The notes below the pieces were generated by a model, which ran no database searches, was not told the DNA's origin, and was given only the letters and a program-made list of their open reading frames with translations. Shown here piece by piece: positions 1-10,650 of a DNA stretch of 64,000 nucleotides (within the stretch, counting starts at the first letter, position 1; each line of letters begins with the position of its first letter). Source of the stretch: Octopus sinensis (taxonomy: Eukaryota); NCBI RefSeq assembly GCF_006345805.1, contig NC_042997.1:200322001-200386000 (forward strand). Direction: 5' to 3'. The position numbers and the translations under genes are program-made.

Positions 1-23
1 GTATGTCCGTCTCTCCCAGGTTT

Positions 24-120
24 CTTTACTGATGAAGTGTGACCTATGGTAGACTAGCTTAATTTAATTTAATAAGCTGGTCTATCATTAAAGACACTGA
101 AACGATGCATCGTATAAAAG
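24..120 (+). ncRNA. Type I hammerhead ribozyme, array copy 1
   Basis: Stem I CTTTA / TAAAAG; core CTGATGA 29-35; long stem II; GAAAC 99-103; stem III ACGA-TGCA-TCGT; GUA triplet 112-114. Confidence 0.8.
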
Positions 121-494
121 ATGAATTAGGGTAAATGTTTTTAAATTTTCACCTTATTTCCGAATTACACTACTTGGCGGTTGGAGTTCTGGCTGCTCTT
201 TCTGGTGGACGAATGGCCTGTTTAGGCCTTCCTAAATTGTTATATTTATACATATTTAGTCTTTGACTATTTTCTCTTTTCCACTAGGCCGCTGGTAGCG
301 ATAAATTTTTACTGAATTTTTTGCTACCCTAAATTGATTAATTGATAATTTTCTGACTAATTCTGAGATGAAATCGGCAGTTTATATTTGCTGCCGATAA
401 GTTTAGCGCGAATGCGTTGGTCTTGAAAATTTTAAGACAGACATTCCCGAGGCATTGATACAGTCGCCTCGTGTATGTCCGTCTCTCCCAGGTT

Positions 495-594
495 TCTTTT
501 ACTGATGAAGTGTGACCTATGGTAGACTAGCTTAATTTAATTTAATTAAGCTGGTCTATCATTAAGACACTGAAACGATGCATCGTATAAAAGA
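495..594 (+). ncRNA. Type I hammerhead ribozyme, array copy 2 (best preserved)
   Basis: 7-bp stem I TCTTTTA / TAAAAGA; CTGATGA 502-508; stem II AGTGT / ACACT extended by a 19-bp helix; GAAAC 572-576; palindromic stem III; GUA 585-587. Confidence 0.85.
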
Positions 595-967
595 TGAATT
601 AGGGTAAATGTTTTTAAATTTTCACCTTATTTCCGAATTACACTACTTGGCGGTTGGAGTTCTGGCTGCTCTTTCTGGTGGACGAATGGCCTGTTTAGGC
701 CATTCCTAAATTGTTATATTTATACATATTTAGTCTTTGACTATTTTCTCTTTTCCACTAGGCCGCTGGTAGCGATAAATTTTTACTGAATTTTTTGCTA
801 CCCTAAATGATTAATTGATAATTTTCTGACTAATTCTGAGATGAAATCGGCAGTTTATATTTGCTGCCGATAAGTTTAGCGCGAATGCGTTGGTCTTGAA
901 AATTTTAAGACAGACATTCCCGAGGCATTGATTACAGTCGCCTCGTGTATGTCCGTCTTCCCAGGTT

Positions 968-1059
968 TCTTTACTGATGAAGTGTGACTATGGTAGACTA
1001 GCTTAATTTAATTTAATTAAGGTCTATCATAAGACACTGAAACGATGCATCGTATAAGA
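968..1059 (+). ncRNA. Type I hammerhead ribozyme, array copy 3 (several small deletions)
   Basis: CTGATGA 974-980, GAAAC 1039-1043 and GTA 1052-1054 are intact; the 3' strand of stem I is shortened to TAAGA. Confidence 0.7.
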
Positions 1060-1190
1060 TGAATTAGGGTAAATGTTTTTAAATTTTCACCTTATTTCCG
1101 AATTACACTACTTGGCGGTTGAGTTCTGGCTGCTCTTTTGGTGGACGAATGGCCTGTTAGGCCATTCCTAAATTGTTATATATATATATA

Positions 1191-1222
<32 letters not shown>

Positions 1223-1299
1223 CTTACTTAAAAATGGATATGTGGCGTTCGATCATATGATAATATAAATAATATATAAATATAAGCATATATACATAC

Positions 1300-1501
1300 A
1301 TATATGTACATACCTACATATATATGTATATATACATGCATATATGAATACAGGACATAAAAAAAACGTCAACAAAATGAGAAACGAGATCATAAAAAAA
1401 AACCCATAGAAAACGAACTTTTTTCAAACAATGAAAGAAACAAATAGAGAAACGAGACATGCAACATAAAGAACATTCCCTTCATCAGTTGTCCCCTATT
1501 T
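1300..1501 (-). mobile_element. Repeat fragment ending in a hammerhead-like hairpin that lacks GAAAC (possible Penelope-like pseudo-LTR piece)
   Basis: Minus strand reads AAATAGGGGACAA-CTGATGA-AGGGAATGTTCTTT-ATGTTGCAT-GTC-TCGTTTCTCTATTT; adjacent to TA-rich simple repeats. Confidence 0.4.
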
Positions 1502-1524
1502 TATGTCGTTGTGTATTTGTACCT

Positions 1525-1690
1525 GGTGTTGGTTTGTGCATGTCCCCATAACTTAGCAGTCTGACAGAAGAAACTGATAAGCCACCAGGCTTTAAAAAGA
1601 TGTACTAGGATTGATTTGTTCAACTAAAATCTCTTGAAGGCAATACCCCAGCATGGCTGCTCTCCAATGACTGAAACCAGTAAAAGATAA
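1525..1690 (+). mobile_element. Diverged 3' half of SINE family A
   Basis: CCCCATAACTTAGCAG...CCAGCATGGCTGC...AATGACTGAAACCAGTAAAAGA matches the tail of the family A copies elsewhere in the window. Confidence 0.55.
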
Positions 1691-2721
1691 TATAATATTC
1701 ACATTAAAAGAAGCACTCGTTTGCCCCATATATAGTTCTTAACAATACAGAATGTGATTAAATGTATTATGACAATAACATATCTTTTAAATGTTAATTG
1801 TTGAGACAGTTTCCTTGTATATCATGCAAAGTCGTCAGCAAACTCTGATTCAAGATTCATAAAATATATTGGATGAACACTCTCAAATTATTGTACAAAT
1901 AAATATCGTAATAATTTAAACACTCCAACCAGAAAATCAAACACAACTCTGCCCAAACATATTTCGGTTATGAAATCAAGAAACTTAAATTTACATATAA
2001 ACGGAAAGTTTTTGAAGTAGCAAGAGCTAACAGCTAATACAAAGGACATAACCCAGGTGAACTTAGCCATTTGATAAATGGTGATCAATACAGTGACTAC
2101 TTGACTAAGTGCTAGATTCAATAGAATTGACTAAGTCTTTTGAAAGTGCTGTACCAACATTACTCATGCAGTAGTGTAACTGAAAGCAGATAATAAATTA
2201 AATGAAAATAACGAGGGGGAAAGATAAGACGAAGAAAGGAAGCCGTTATGGAGAAGGAAGCAAAGTAGAAGAAGAAGACAAAGAGCATGGAGACAGTGAA
2301 GAAGAAGGAAGGTGAAGAAAATAATGTGTAGAAGAGAAACTAGATGCTCTGCCCACTCAGGCTTGACCCGGAGTCAAACAACAACAACAACAACAACAAC
2401 AATAGCAACTATAAAATTCCCTAGGACAATAATGGTATCCATGAAAGACTTTTACAGATTAGGCATGGAAATGGCAATCTCAATCATTGGCAGAAAGAAG
2501 ATAATATCAATCTTGGTAAAAAGTATACTTAGCTTAATAAAAGATGCTGCTGACTAAGAAAGGGATAACATAACTGGTCACTCCAAATTCCATGAAATAC
2601 ATGCGCTTCACAATGAACCAACATGGAACGCAGACGACATTTGCTCTGCTAAAAATAGCGCCCAAAGTGCTTTGAAATTCAACACTACTTTCTTCAGAGA
2701 AGAAGTATACAATGAGTATTG

Positions 2722-2933
2722 GTTTCAAATTTTGGCACAAGACCTGCAATTTCGAGGGTCCGTAAGTTGATTACATCGATCCTTGTATTCAACTGGTACT
2801 TTATTTTATCGACCACGAAAGGACGAAAGGTAAAGTTGACCTCAGCGGAATTTGAACTCTGAATGTAAAGACGGACAAAATGCCTCTGAGCATTTTGACC
2901 GGCATGCTAACAATTTTGCCAGCTCGCCGCCTT
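2722..2933 (-). mobile_element. tRNA-headed SINE family B (Meta/MESC-like central domain)
   Basis: Reverse complement of GGCGGCGAGCTGGC...GAGGTCAACTTTACCTTTCGTCCTTTCGTGGTCGATAAAA; same family as about 10 other copies here. Confidence 0.85.
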
Positions 2934-2997
2934 AGTAGACATTGAATACTGAAGTGGGTTCAAGGACCGCATCTTCTATATGCTGGTTCCCGACGCT

Positions 2998-3105
2998 CGC
3001 AAAAGAAATCGCCACCTTAATGTCATTTGGTTTGTCTTACTCTTCTCTCTCAATGTTAAAACTTGCGTGGGAAGAACATTCCTTAGACTGGTAGACAAAC
3101 GCTTC
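2998..3105 (+). pseudogene. Remnant of the Penelope-like element RT thumb/linker region
   Basis: Frame-1 translation RKRNRHLNVIWFVLLFSLNVKTCVGRTFLRLVDKRF resembles the PLE motif RNIIWFNPP(F/Y)SxNVKTNIGxxFLxLxDKHF. Confidence 0.7.
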
Positions 3106-3301
3106 AGGCGTAGAGTTCCCCATTCGTAGAATAGTTACGCCACAGTTACTTCGAATATCACTATGGCTGGAGCCGAAGAAAGGGGGATAACCCCTTCCCG
3201 CCCGTCCGCAGCACGTAGAATTATTCTTTGTTTACAAAACCAACTAACCGTTACGTATTACTTCCTCCAGTTGTAGAGAGGTTATGTGCCTTCAGCCATT
3301 T

Positions 3302-3361
3302 GAGTTTGACGAGTCGTCTATACTGCTAAGCACTTTATAGGTGCGAAACCAATGGTCACTC
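3302..3361 (+). ncRNA. Type I hammerhead ribozyme (U3 variant) in the PLE pseudo-LTR
   Basis: Stem I GAGT / ACTC; core TTGACGA 3306-3312; ~9-bp stem II ending in C3344; GAAAC 3345-3349; stem III ACC-AAT-GGT; GUC 3355-3357. Confidence 0.65.
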
Positions 3362-3390
3362 TATGATCGGCCATAACATTTTACTTCCTA

Positions 3391-3392
<2 letters not shown>

Positions 3393-3468
<76 letters not shown>
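3393..3468. repeat. (TA)n microsatellite
   Basis: Direct reading. Confidence 0.98.
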
Positions 3469-3472
<4 letters not shown>

Positions 3473-3718
3473 CCTTTATTCCTTCGGAATTGAGAATATG
3501 CAGTCTTCGAAACATGTGTCGAGAATAAAGGAATTTTGTTAAATCGTCGTTCGACTCCATTCTTTAATTTATTTATAGTAAAAAAACACAAAAATTTCCA
3601 CACGAAAGCACGTGATTTCTGCCCTTGGCATGTAGCTTCAACCGTGTTTTCTGACGTAAATTTGCTACCCGGGTATCGGTTAACCGAATTATCCATACTA
3701 GGATAATTCATTCAACTA

Positions 3719-3720
<2 letters not shown>
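3469..3720 (+). mobile_element. ~250-bp element sandwiched between two (TA)n tracts, with a hammerhead-like scaffold
   Basis: CCTTTATTC / GAATAAAGG stem encloses ...TTC-GAAAC-ATGT-GTC; the CUGANGA core is not recognisable. Confidence 0.45.

Positions 3721-3787
<67 letters not shown>
3721..3787. repeat. (TA)n microsatellite
   Basis: Direct reading. Confidence 0.98.
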
Positions 3788-3790
<3 letters not shown>

Positions 3791-5085
3791 AAGCTTAATT
3801 CAGTTTCTGCTTACCAAATCCATTCAATACTTGACCTCGGTGCCATATAATGAGACTGATCCAGAAAGCACTAGGTTAGGAAACAGACTTCTTAAACATA
3901 CAGTAATCATAACAAAATATAAAAAAGACACAATATAGTATTGCATGTAGTTTACAAACAATTTTTGTTTGCTCAGTAAAGCTAAGTACGTTCTCCTTTC
4001 ACTACAACTGCATTGTGTTGCGATCGTGTAACATGGTTAGGCGATGGTGGTGTTCCAGAACCATTGTGTTTGGCGAACTAAGTGAACCTATTATAATCGA
4101 ACGTTGTGTAGTAAAGCGACCAACTCAAGCAACAACTTTACCTTGTTAACATTAATTAACAGAACTGGAAACAGCAAACAGCTAACAGAATGCACTTGAT
4201 AAGACTGTTAGTTAGAACTTCAAAAGATGTCTACCAGAACTTAAAAAAAATATATACGAACAAATAAAGAACAAAAAACAAAAAGAATGTATAAATTGCC
4301 TTGTCAAGATTTTTTTTTTTGTATGAAATATTGCAGGAAATATTTTCATTCATCGACATATTTAGCCATCAGAAACCATGCTGGTGTTAGCTAACCATCG
4401 TCACCATCTTTATGGATATGAAAGAAATAGTGAATTAACTGATGTAATTAGGATTTAATTTGAAGCCCAGTTAGTTGACTGGCAAAGATTCTCCTTTCTT
4501 TTGAACATTCAACAGCCATTAATGTACAGAATTGCTATTTCGCCTCCTAGTTTCTGTTCTGCTACTACTATTACATGACCTTTTGCTTCTACGAACTATC
4601 AAGCTATCAAGTAGTCTATACAATACAACAGTCTCTCCTGTTCTCATTGTCATTGCTCTGCCTTACTCACAAACTCTGTACAAAATAATCGTTCCTCTTA
4701 GAATTGCAGACTTTGGGATTTCTGTTCCTACAAATTTTTTTTTCTTACTGATACCAACTTAAAAGGTTTTCCGTTCTGTCAATATAATCATTCTTGTAGG
4801 CTTGCAAATATCCTGAACATTACCTCTAAATATTCAACTAAAACAAATGGATGCCTAACTTTAACATCGAAACAAATATCGTGCGGGTGTCATAAGATGG
4901 CACAACGGCTAAAATAATGGTTAGGGTTATGGATAATTTATACTTTGCAAAATCTTGATTTGCAATAGAACTATTGTATTTACACATGTGTAACGCTAAA
5001 AACTGATTACAAAACGTCAGGGGACAGAATTGTACTTAAGCATTGTTTTCCAGAGTAAAACATGCATGAAGAGAGAAAAAATATA

Positions 5086-5318
5086 TATTTCTTTACTACC
5101 GACAAGGGGCTAAACATAGAGGGGACAAACAATGACAGACAAACGAATTAAGTCGATTACATCGACCCCAGTGCGTAACTGGTACTTAATTTATCGACCC
5201 CGAAAGGATGAACGGCAAAGTCAACCTCGGCGGAATTTGAACTCAGAACGTAGCGGCAGACGAAATACGGCAACGCATTTCGCCCGGCGTGCTAACGTTT
5301 CTGCCAGCTCGCCGCCTT
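5086..5318 (-). mobile_element. SINE family B with target-site duplication
   Basis: Full head and tail; flanked by AAGAGAGAAAA(AA)TATATA on both sides. Confidence 0.9.
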
Positions 5319-6556
5319 AAAGAGAGAAAATATATAACTGATTTCTAAGTACAAATGTTGGTGTTGGGTCATGTCATATTTAATACAATGGATGTAACAA
5401 TCCATTTCAATTAACTATTCTATTGCAGAGGAAAATAACTTTCTACAAGCGTTCCATTGTTGATGTACTTGCGGCGGCATTCATCCACTGTGGGTTGAGC
5501 CGTCTCCGACCACCGAGTTCATCCAGTCCTTCATAAATGCTGACCACATCCGACGTTCGGCCGATGCGGACACCGTAGCCGTAGTCACCCTTCGTTGTTG
5601 AGGTATAGAGTTCATGTTCGGAGATTCGAAGAATTCGTGGGAAATACAAGTTCACATGTGGTGTCCGGTCACATGCATACACACTTTGGGATAGTGTGAT
5701 CCGCAGCAGCAGATCTTTGCTGTCGTTTGCTGACCGTTGCAGAGGCATTCGCTGACCAAATCATCGCTGGTTATCGGAGCAGATGTAGTCTGGGTTTTTA
5801 TCGGGTTCAAGAGGTATGCTTTAACAAAAGCTAAGGGGTACCTCACGCCCAGTGATCTTACAGCACGCCGGACACAACCTGGAATTTCTGACGGCCCATG
5901 CAATTGGCAGATAGCGGTTGAACCTACACTGGGTTCATCCTTCCTTTTGACAGGCCTTATTTTTAGTCCTGCTGGGGTTCTAGCAACCCTCCTCACCAAA
6001 CAAGCCTAGCAGGGGTGCCGGTTCAGTCGTCGACGACCCGACCATGCATTGTTGGTGGTATGTTTGAGTATATGTAGTGGTGGTGGTGGTGGTGACTGAT
6101 TTAACTTTTAAGTTGGGAGTGGACTCTCTACGTTCTGTGATCGATTCCTACCTCCTTGATTTTACCTTCCATCTCTCGGGTGTTGATAGAATAAAGTACC
6201 AGTCTAGTAATGGGGTCGGTCTAATCAACTAATTCTCCCCCCAATAAAAGTTTTAGCCTTATGCCTAAATTAGGAACACCCCTCCTCCTCCTCATTTTAA
6301 CGTCCACATTTTTTTGCTTGCATGGGTCACGCTGAATTTGCTGTGACTTCTCCTGTCACCAACTCATCTGTTCGTAAGCAAGGTAATATTTTCCTTTGGC
6401 CAGACATGCTTTTCGCGGAAGATTCGAAATGAATGACGCTAGTTTACATTACAACCCTCACCTGATGTCAAGGCAAAAGCGTGTACTTACGTGCACACGC
6501 TCAACCGCCACACACACACACACACAGACAAACTCTCTCTCTCTCTCTCTCACACG

Positions 6557-6606
<50 letters not shown>

Positions 6607-6619
6607 GATACACATATAC

Positions 6620-6783
6620 ATCAGGCTTCTTTCAGGTTCCGTCTGCCAAATACACTCACAAAGCAAAACTTTTGGTGGCTCGGGTCTACAATAAGAGACA
6701 CTTATCCAACGTGTCGCACAACAAAGCCGAACCCGCATGATTGGGAAGCAGGTTTCTTGACCACACTGCCATGCCTGCACCTC
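6620..6783 (-). mobile_element. 5' half of tRNA-derived SINE family A
   Basis: Similar to the family A head (AGGTGCAGGCATGGCAGTGTGG..., A/B-box-like); preceded by (CA)n/(CT)n. Confidence 0.75.
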
Positions 6784-7639
6784 ATAGCCATGCTAGCATC
6801 TCATCATTAGTCAATTGGGAATTGTTCAAAAAGGAATAGATCAATGCTTCAATTCTTTGAAATAAATGTTATTTGTTTTATTTTATCATCGCCAGATGTC
6901 ATCAGACAGCGTAATCCTAATTGGAAGACATATTGAAACTTGTCATTCATGAAACAATGTACGAGACGGATGAGGTGAGCCGATGATGGAAGCAATTGGC
7001 AAGTCGTTACGTTTAAAAGATATGGAGAAATGAAAGATAGAACCTTTTGCACAGAGGTGAAGGAAGCTGGTGTTAATTTTGTGGACAGATATTGCGCAAA
7101 AGGTGATAGAGTTTCAGGGACATGATGAATATTTAAAGGACATTAGTGTTTGTGAGAACATATGACGAAGAGAATCAATTTATAATTAATAGTATAGATA
7201 TAATGCAGCCAGCTAGCCAACCAGTAAGCTTCAACACTATACTTTAAGTAATTCTATTTCCTCAACCGAACAAGATACTTTCTTGTTAATTTACTCAGTG
7301 AGTCGCTTATCATTTCTTCGTCAAATATGATGAAGGTTATATTTTGTTGAAGAAATCAGAATTACATCCAAGTATATTCAGTACATTTTCCTCCTGTAAT
7401 TTGCTGAAGCATTTAAAATAACCCTAATCTTTGATTTATATTGATTTTTGCCTTCTCACCTAATTATTTCTCGCTAGCTTTTTCATGAAAATTAGCATCT
7501 AAAAGCATATCATCTGCGAAATCCACGGTTACTAAAACTGGAGATACGCTAACATTTCACCAGACTTCATTGATATTTTGGCCATTTATGTACTGAACGT
7601 GGCCAGTACGACATTGGGATGCCCTATCCAGGACACCCT

Positions 7640-8990
7640 TCAATGCTGCTTTCTGTATATTCCCTCCAAAGCCTTAAGTCCCCTTTTAATATCAGACCCA
7701 TGCAATTCACCTCCACCTAAACGTCGCTATCCATAGATCTAACTCCCATCTGTTTCCTTTATACTCTTCTATTAACTCTGCATATTATCTCACCTTCTTC
7801 TCTGTTGTTCCTTTTATCTTCCTCTGCTTTCATCTCTCATGAAACAGTTAACCCCATGAGGATTAAAATATGTCGCTCTTGGCGCAAGAACTAGTTCACT
7901 TCTCAAGGTAATGTTCACCACTTCAACAAGCTTTTCACCTGCTGTAGACCCTTAGCATTCTTGATTTGTAATGACTAACCTCTACGCACTGCCAGAATAC
8001 TTGATTGTACCTCCAGGCTTAGACTGAGAGAAGAGTGTCACAGCAAGACAACATATGGTCCAGAAAACCCCTCGATTTCTTGCACATCTCACCTTTTTCA
8101 GTCGTCTATCTCATGCAATACATCTCATGTAGACCCATTTACAAACAGAATCGATCATGATGACATCACCAGTAGATCGTTCCACTTCTGATCCACTTCA
8201 CCCTATACACACTGAACTCCCTGCTGCGTTGCTTTGTAGCCTTGTCTTCTCCCTTTCCGTCTCTCTGGCATATTTCAACATCATTTACTGTTTGCTCTTC
8301 CAGCTCTGTGTATTGGACCGCTGCTTCATAGCGAGAAAATCTGCACCGAAAAATCTCCTTTTTTTTCAAGCGTCAAGGGTTTTGTCTGCTGCTTCTTTCT
8401 TTGCTCTTATAATCACTTCGAATTTGAAGCCTCAACTTGACAATAATGTTATTCTCAAGCTCTCTCATCATCCAAACTTACCGACTTAAAAATTTTCAAT
8501 CACGAACGGCAGTTGCCATTTCTCAGAACAGCCAAATAGTGACATGGGATAATATTTCTGATACCCTCAGCCACTTCCTATGGTAATTGTTCATTTACTG
8601 CATACTCTCTAACCTGGTAATGGTTGCTTCATAATCAAGTGGCTGCCACACAACTCTAGTAGTAACCAGAACTGACAACACCACATTCTCATCTTTCCAT
8701 GGATCAATGTTCCGTCCATCGTCGTAAGCCACTTACTCGATTTCTCCTGAACTTTTATACCGCATTGTCTGCCATTCAGGCTGGCTTCATACTAACGGTT
8801 TAGATTCTTCACTCCTATTTCATGACCATGGGGTGTCCTCATCACATTAACTCCTGCTCTTCTTCACCTTAAATTTCATATTAGTGAAATCAGCTTCCAG
8901 TGCCTTTTCAAACTTCTTTCAGCCTGCTCTTCCCGCTTTCGTACAATTGTCAAATCATCCACGAAAGCTCTCAACGATGGCATTATTATT
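7640..8990 (-). mobile_element. Decayed non-LTR retrotransposon with restriction-like endonuclease (HERO/NeSL-like): RT end, CCHC knuckle, RLE
   Basis: Minus-strand pieces, with frameshifts and stops: SLRAFVDDLT (RT, ~8950), RVVWQPLDYE...RKWL, CKKSRGFLDHMLSCC...WRYNQV (~8000-8090), LMGLTVS*E...KYAELIEE...VEVNCMG. Confidence 0.75.
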
Positions 8991-9002
8991 CATGTTAGTA
9001 AA

Positions 9003-9620
9003 GGCGGCGAGCTGGCAGAATCGTTAGCACGCCGGCCGAAATGCGTTGCCGTATTTCGTCTGCCGTTACGTTCTGAGATCAAATTCCGCCGGGATCGACT
9101 TTGCCTTTCATCCTATCGGGGTCGATAAATTAAGGACCAGTTACGCACTGGGGTCGATATAATCGACTTAATCCGTTTGTCTGTCCTTGTTTGTCCTCTC
9201 TGTGTTTATCCCCTTGTGGGTAGTAAAGAAATAGGTATTTCGTCTGCCGCTACGTTCAGAGTTCAAATTCCACCGAGGTCGACTTTGCCTTTCATCCTTT
9301 CGGGGTCGATTAAATAAGTGCCAATTACGCAGTGGGGTCGATATAATCGACTTAATCCGTTTGCCTGTCCTTGTTTGTCCCCTCTATGTTTAGCCCCTTG
9401 TAGGCAATAAAGAAATAAGAATCGTTAGCATGCCGGGCGAAATGCTTAGCGGAATTTCGTCTGTCGTTACGATCCGAGTTCGATTTCCACCGAGGTCGAC
9501 TTTGTCTTTCATCCTTTCGGGGTCGATAATTAAGTATCAGTAAAACACTGGGGTTGATATAATCGACAAGTCCCCTTCCCTAAATTTCAGGCCTTGTGCT
9601 TATAGTAGAAAGGATTATTA
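9003..9620 (+). mobile_element. SINE family B concatemer (head plus three bodies)
   Basis: Re-entry junctions AAAGAAATA|GGTATTTCG (~9234) and AAAGAAATA|AGAATCGTTAGC (~9417). Confidence 0.9.
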
Positions 9621-9977
9621 CGTCAGTCGTGATCCTTCAATATGCCCTGCACACGGGTCAAGAGTTTCATTCCTTCACAAACCGGGAATACCATTATTAA
9701 ATGCGATAAAACCAACTGAATGTTGATTAATTTTCTCAGTAATTCGAATGAATTTTGGAGAGACGATTTATATGCCTTGAGTTGTCAAATATCAAGTACA
9801 GAATCTGTAATTTAACGATGGTTTAAAGATGGTACTAACCGCCAGTGAATAAGATGGCTATCGGTAGCTCTACCTTTCCAAGGAATCAAACAAGATCTAC
9901 CTTTCTAGGGAACAAAACAAAATAGGATTTCTGAGGGAAATGAAATTCGATTATTTAAAAAAAAAACTAATTATTTG

Positions 9978-10180
9978 CTCTTTACTCTTTTATTCTATTA
10001 TTTGTTTCAGTCATTCGACTGCGGCGATGCTGGAGCATCGCCTTTAGTCGAACAAATCGACCCAAGGACTTATTCCTTGTAAGCCTAGTACTTATTCTAT
10101 CGGTCTCGTTTGCCGAACCGCTAAGTTACGGGGACGTAAACACACCAGCATCGGTTGTCAAGCCAAACACAGACACACAA
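9978..10180 (-). mobile_element. 3' half of SINE family A
   Basis: TTGTTTCAGTCATTCGACTGCGGCGATGCTGGAGCATCGCC...GGTTGTCAAGC. Confidence 0.85.
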
Positions 10181-10225
10181 ACATATACAAACATACGTAA
10201 ATACCTGCATACATACATAAGTACA

Positions 10226-10650
<425 letters not shown>

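Larger units (their letters stand above)
1..1176 (+). repeat. Tandem array of a ~473-bp structured unit (2 full copies plus 1 partial; runs off the window start); retrozyme or Penelope pseudo-LTR-like
   Basis: Unit start GTATGTCCGTC recurs at 1, 473 and 947. Copies differ mostly by small indels. Each copy carries a hammerhead motif, and the array ends in (TA)n at 1177. Confidence 0.9.

Noticed and set aside
1-1176. Mitochondrial tRNA cluster (NUMT) as an explanation of the hairpin-rich repeat
   Set aside because: No cloverleafs or anticodon arms could be fitted; the hammerhead consensus fits position by position.
1800-2150. Possible R4-like RT remnant
   Set aside because: The QGD-like motif needs two frameshifts; too weak to call.
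6887-6905. CTGATGA followed by a CATC/GATG hairpin (minus strand)
   Set aside because: No GAAA strand, stem III or stem I.
7490-7530. VDFADDMLL on the minus strand as an RT active site
   Set aside because: Isolated motif lying downstream of the RLE domain of the adjacent element, with no supporting RT motifs.
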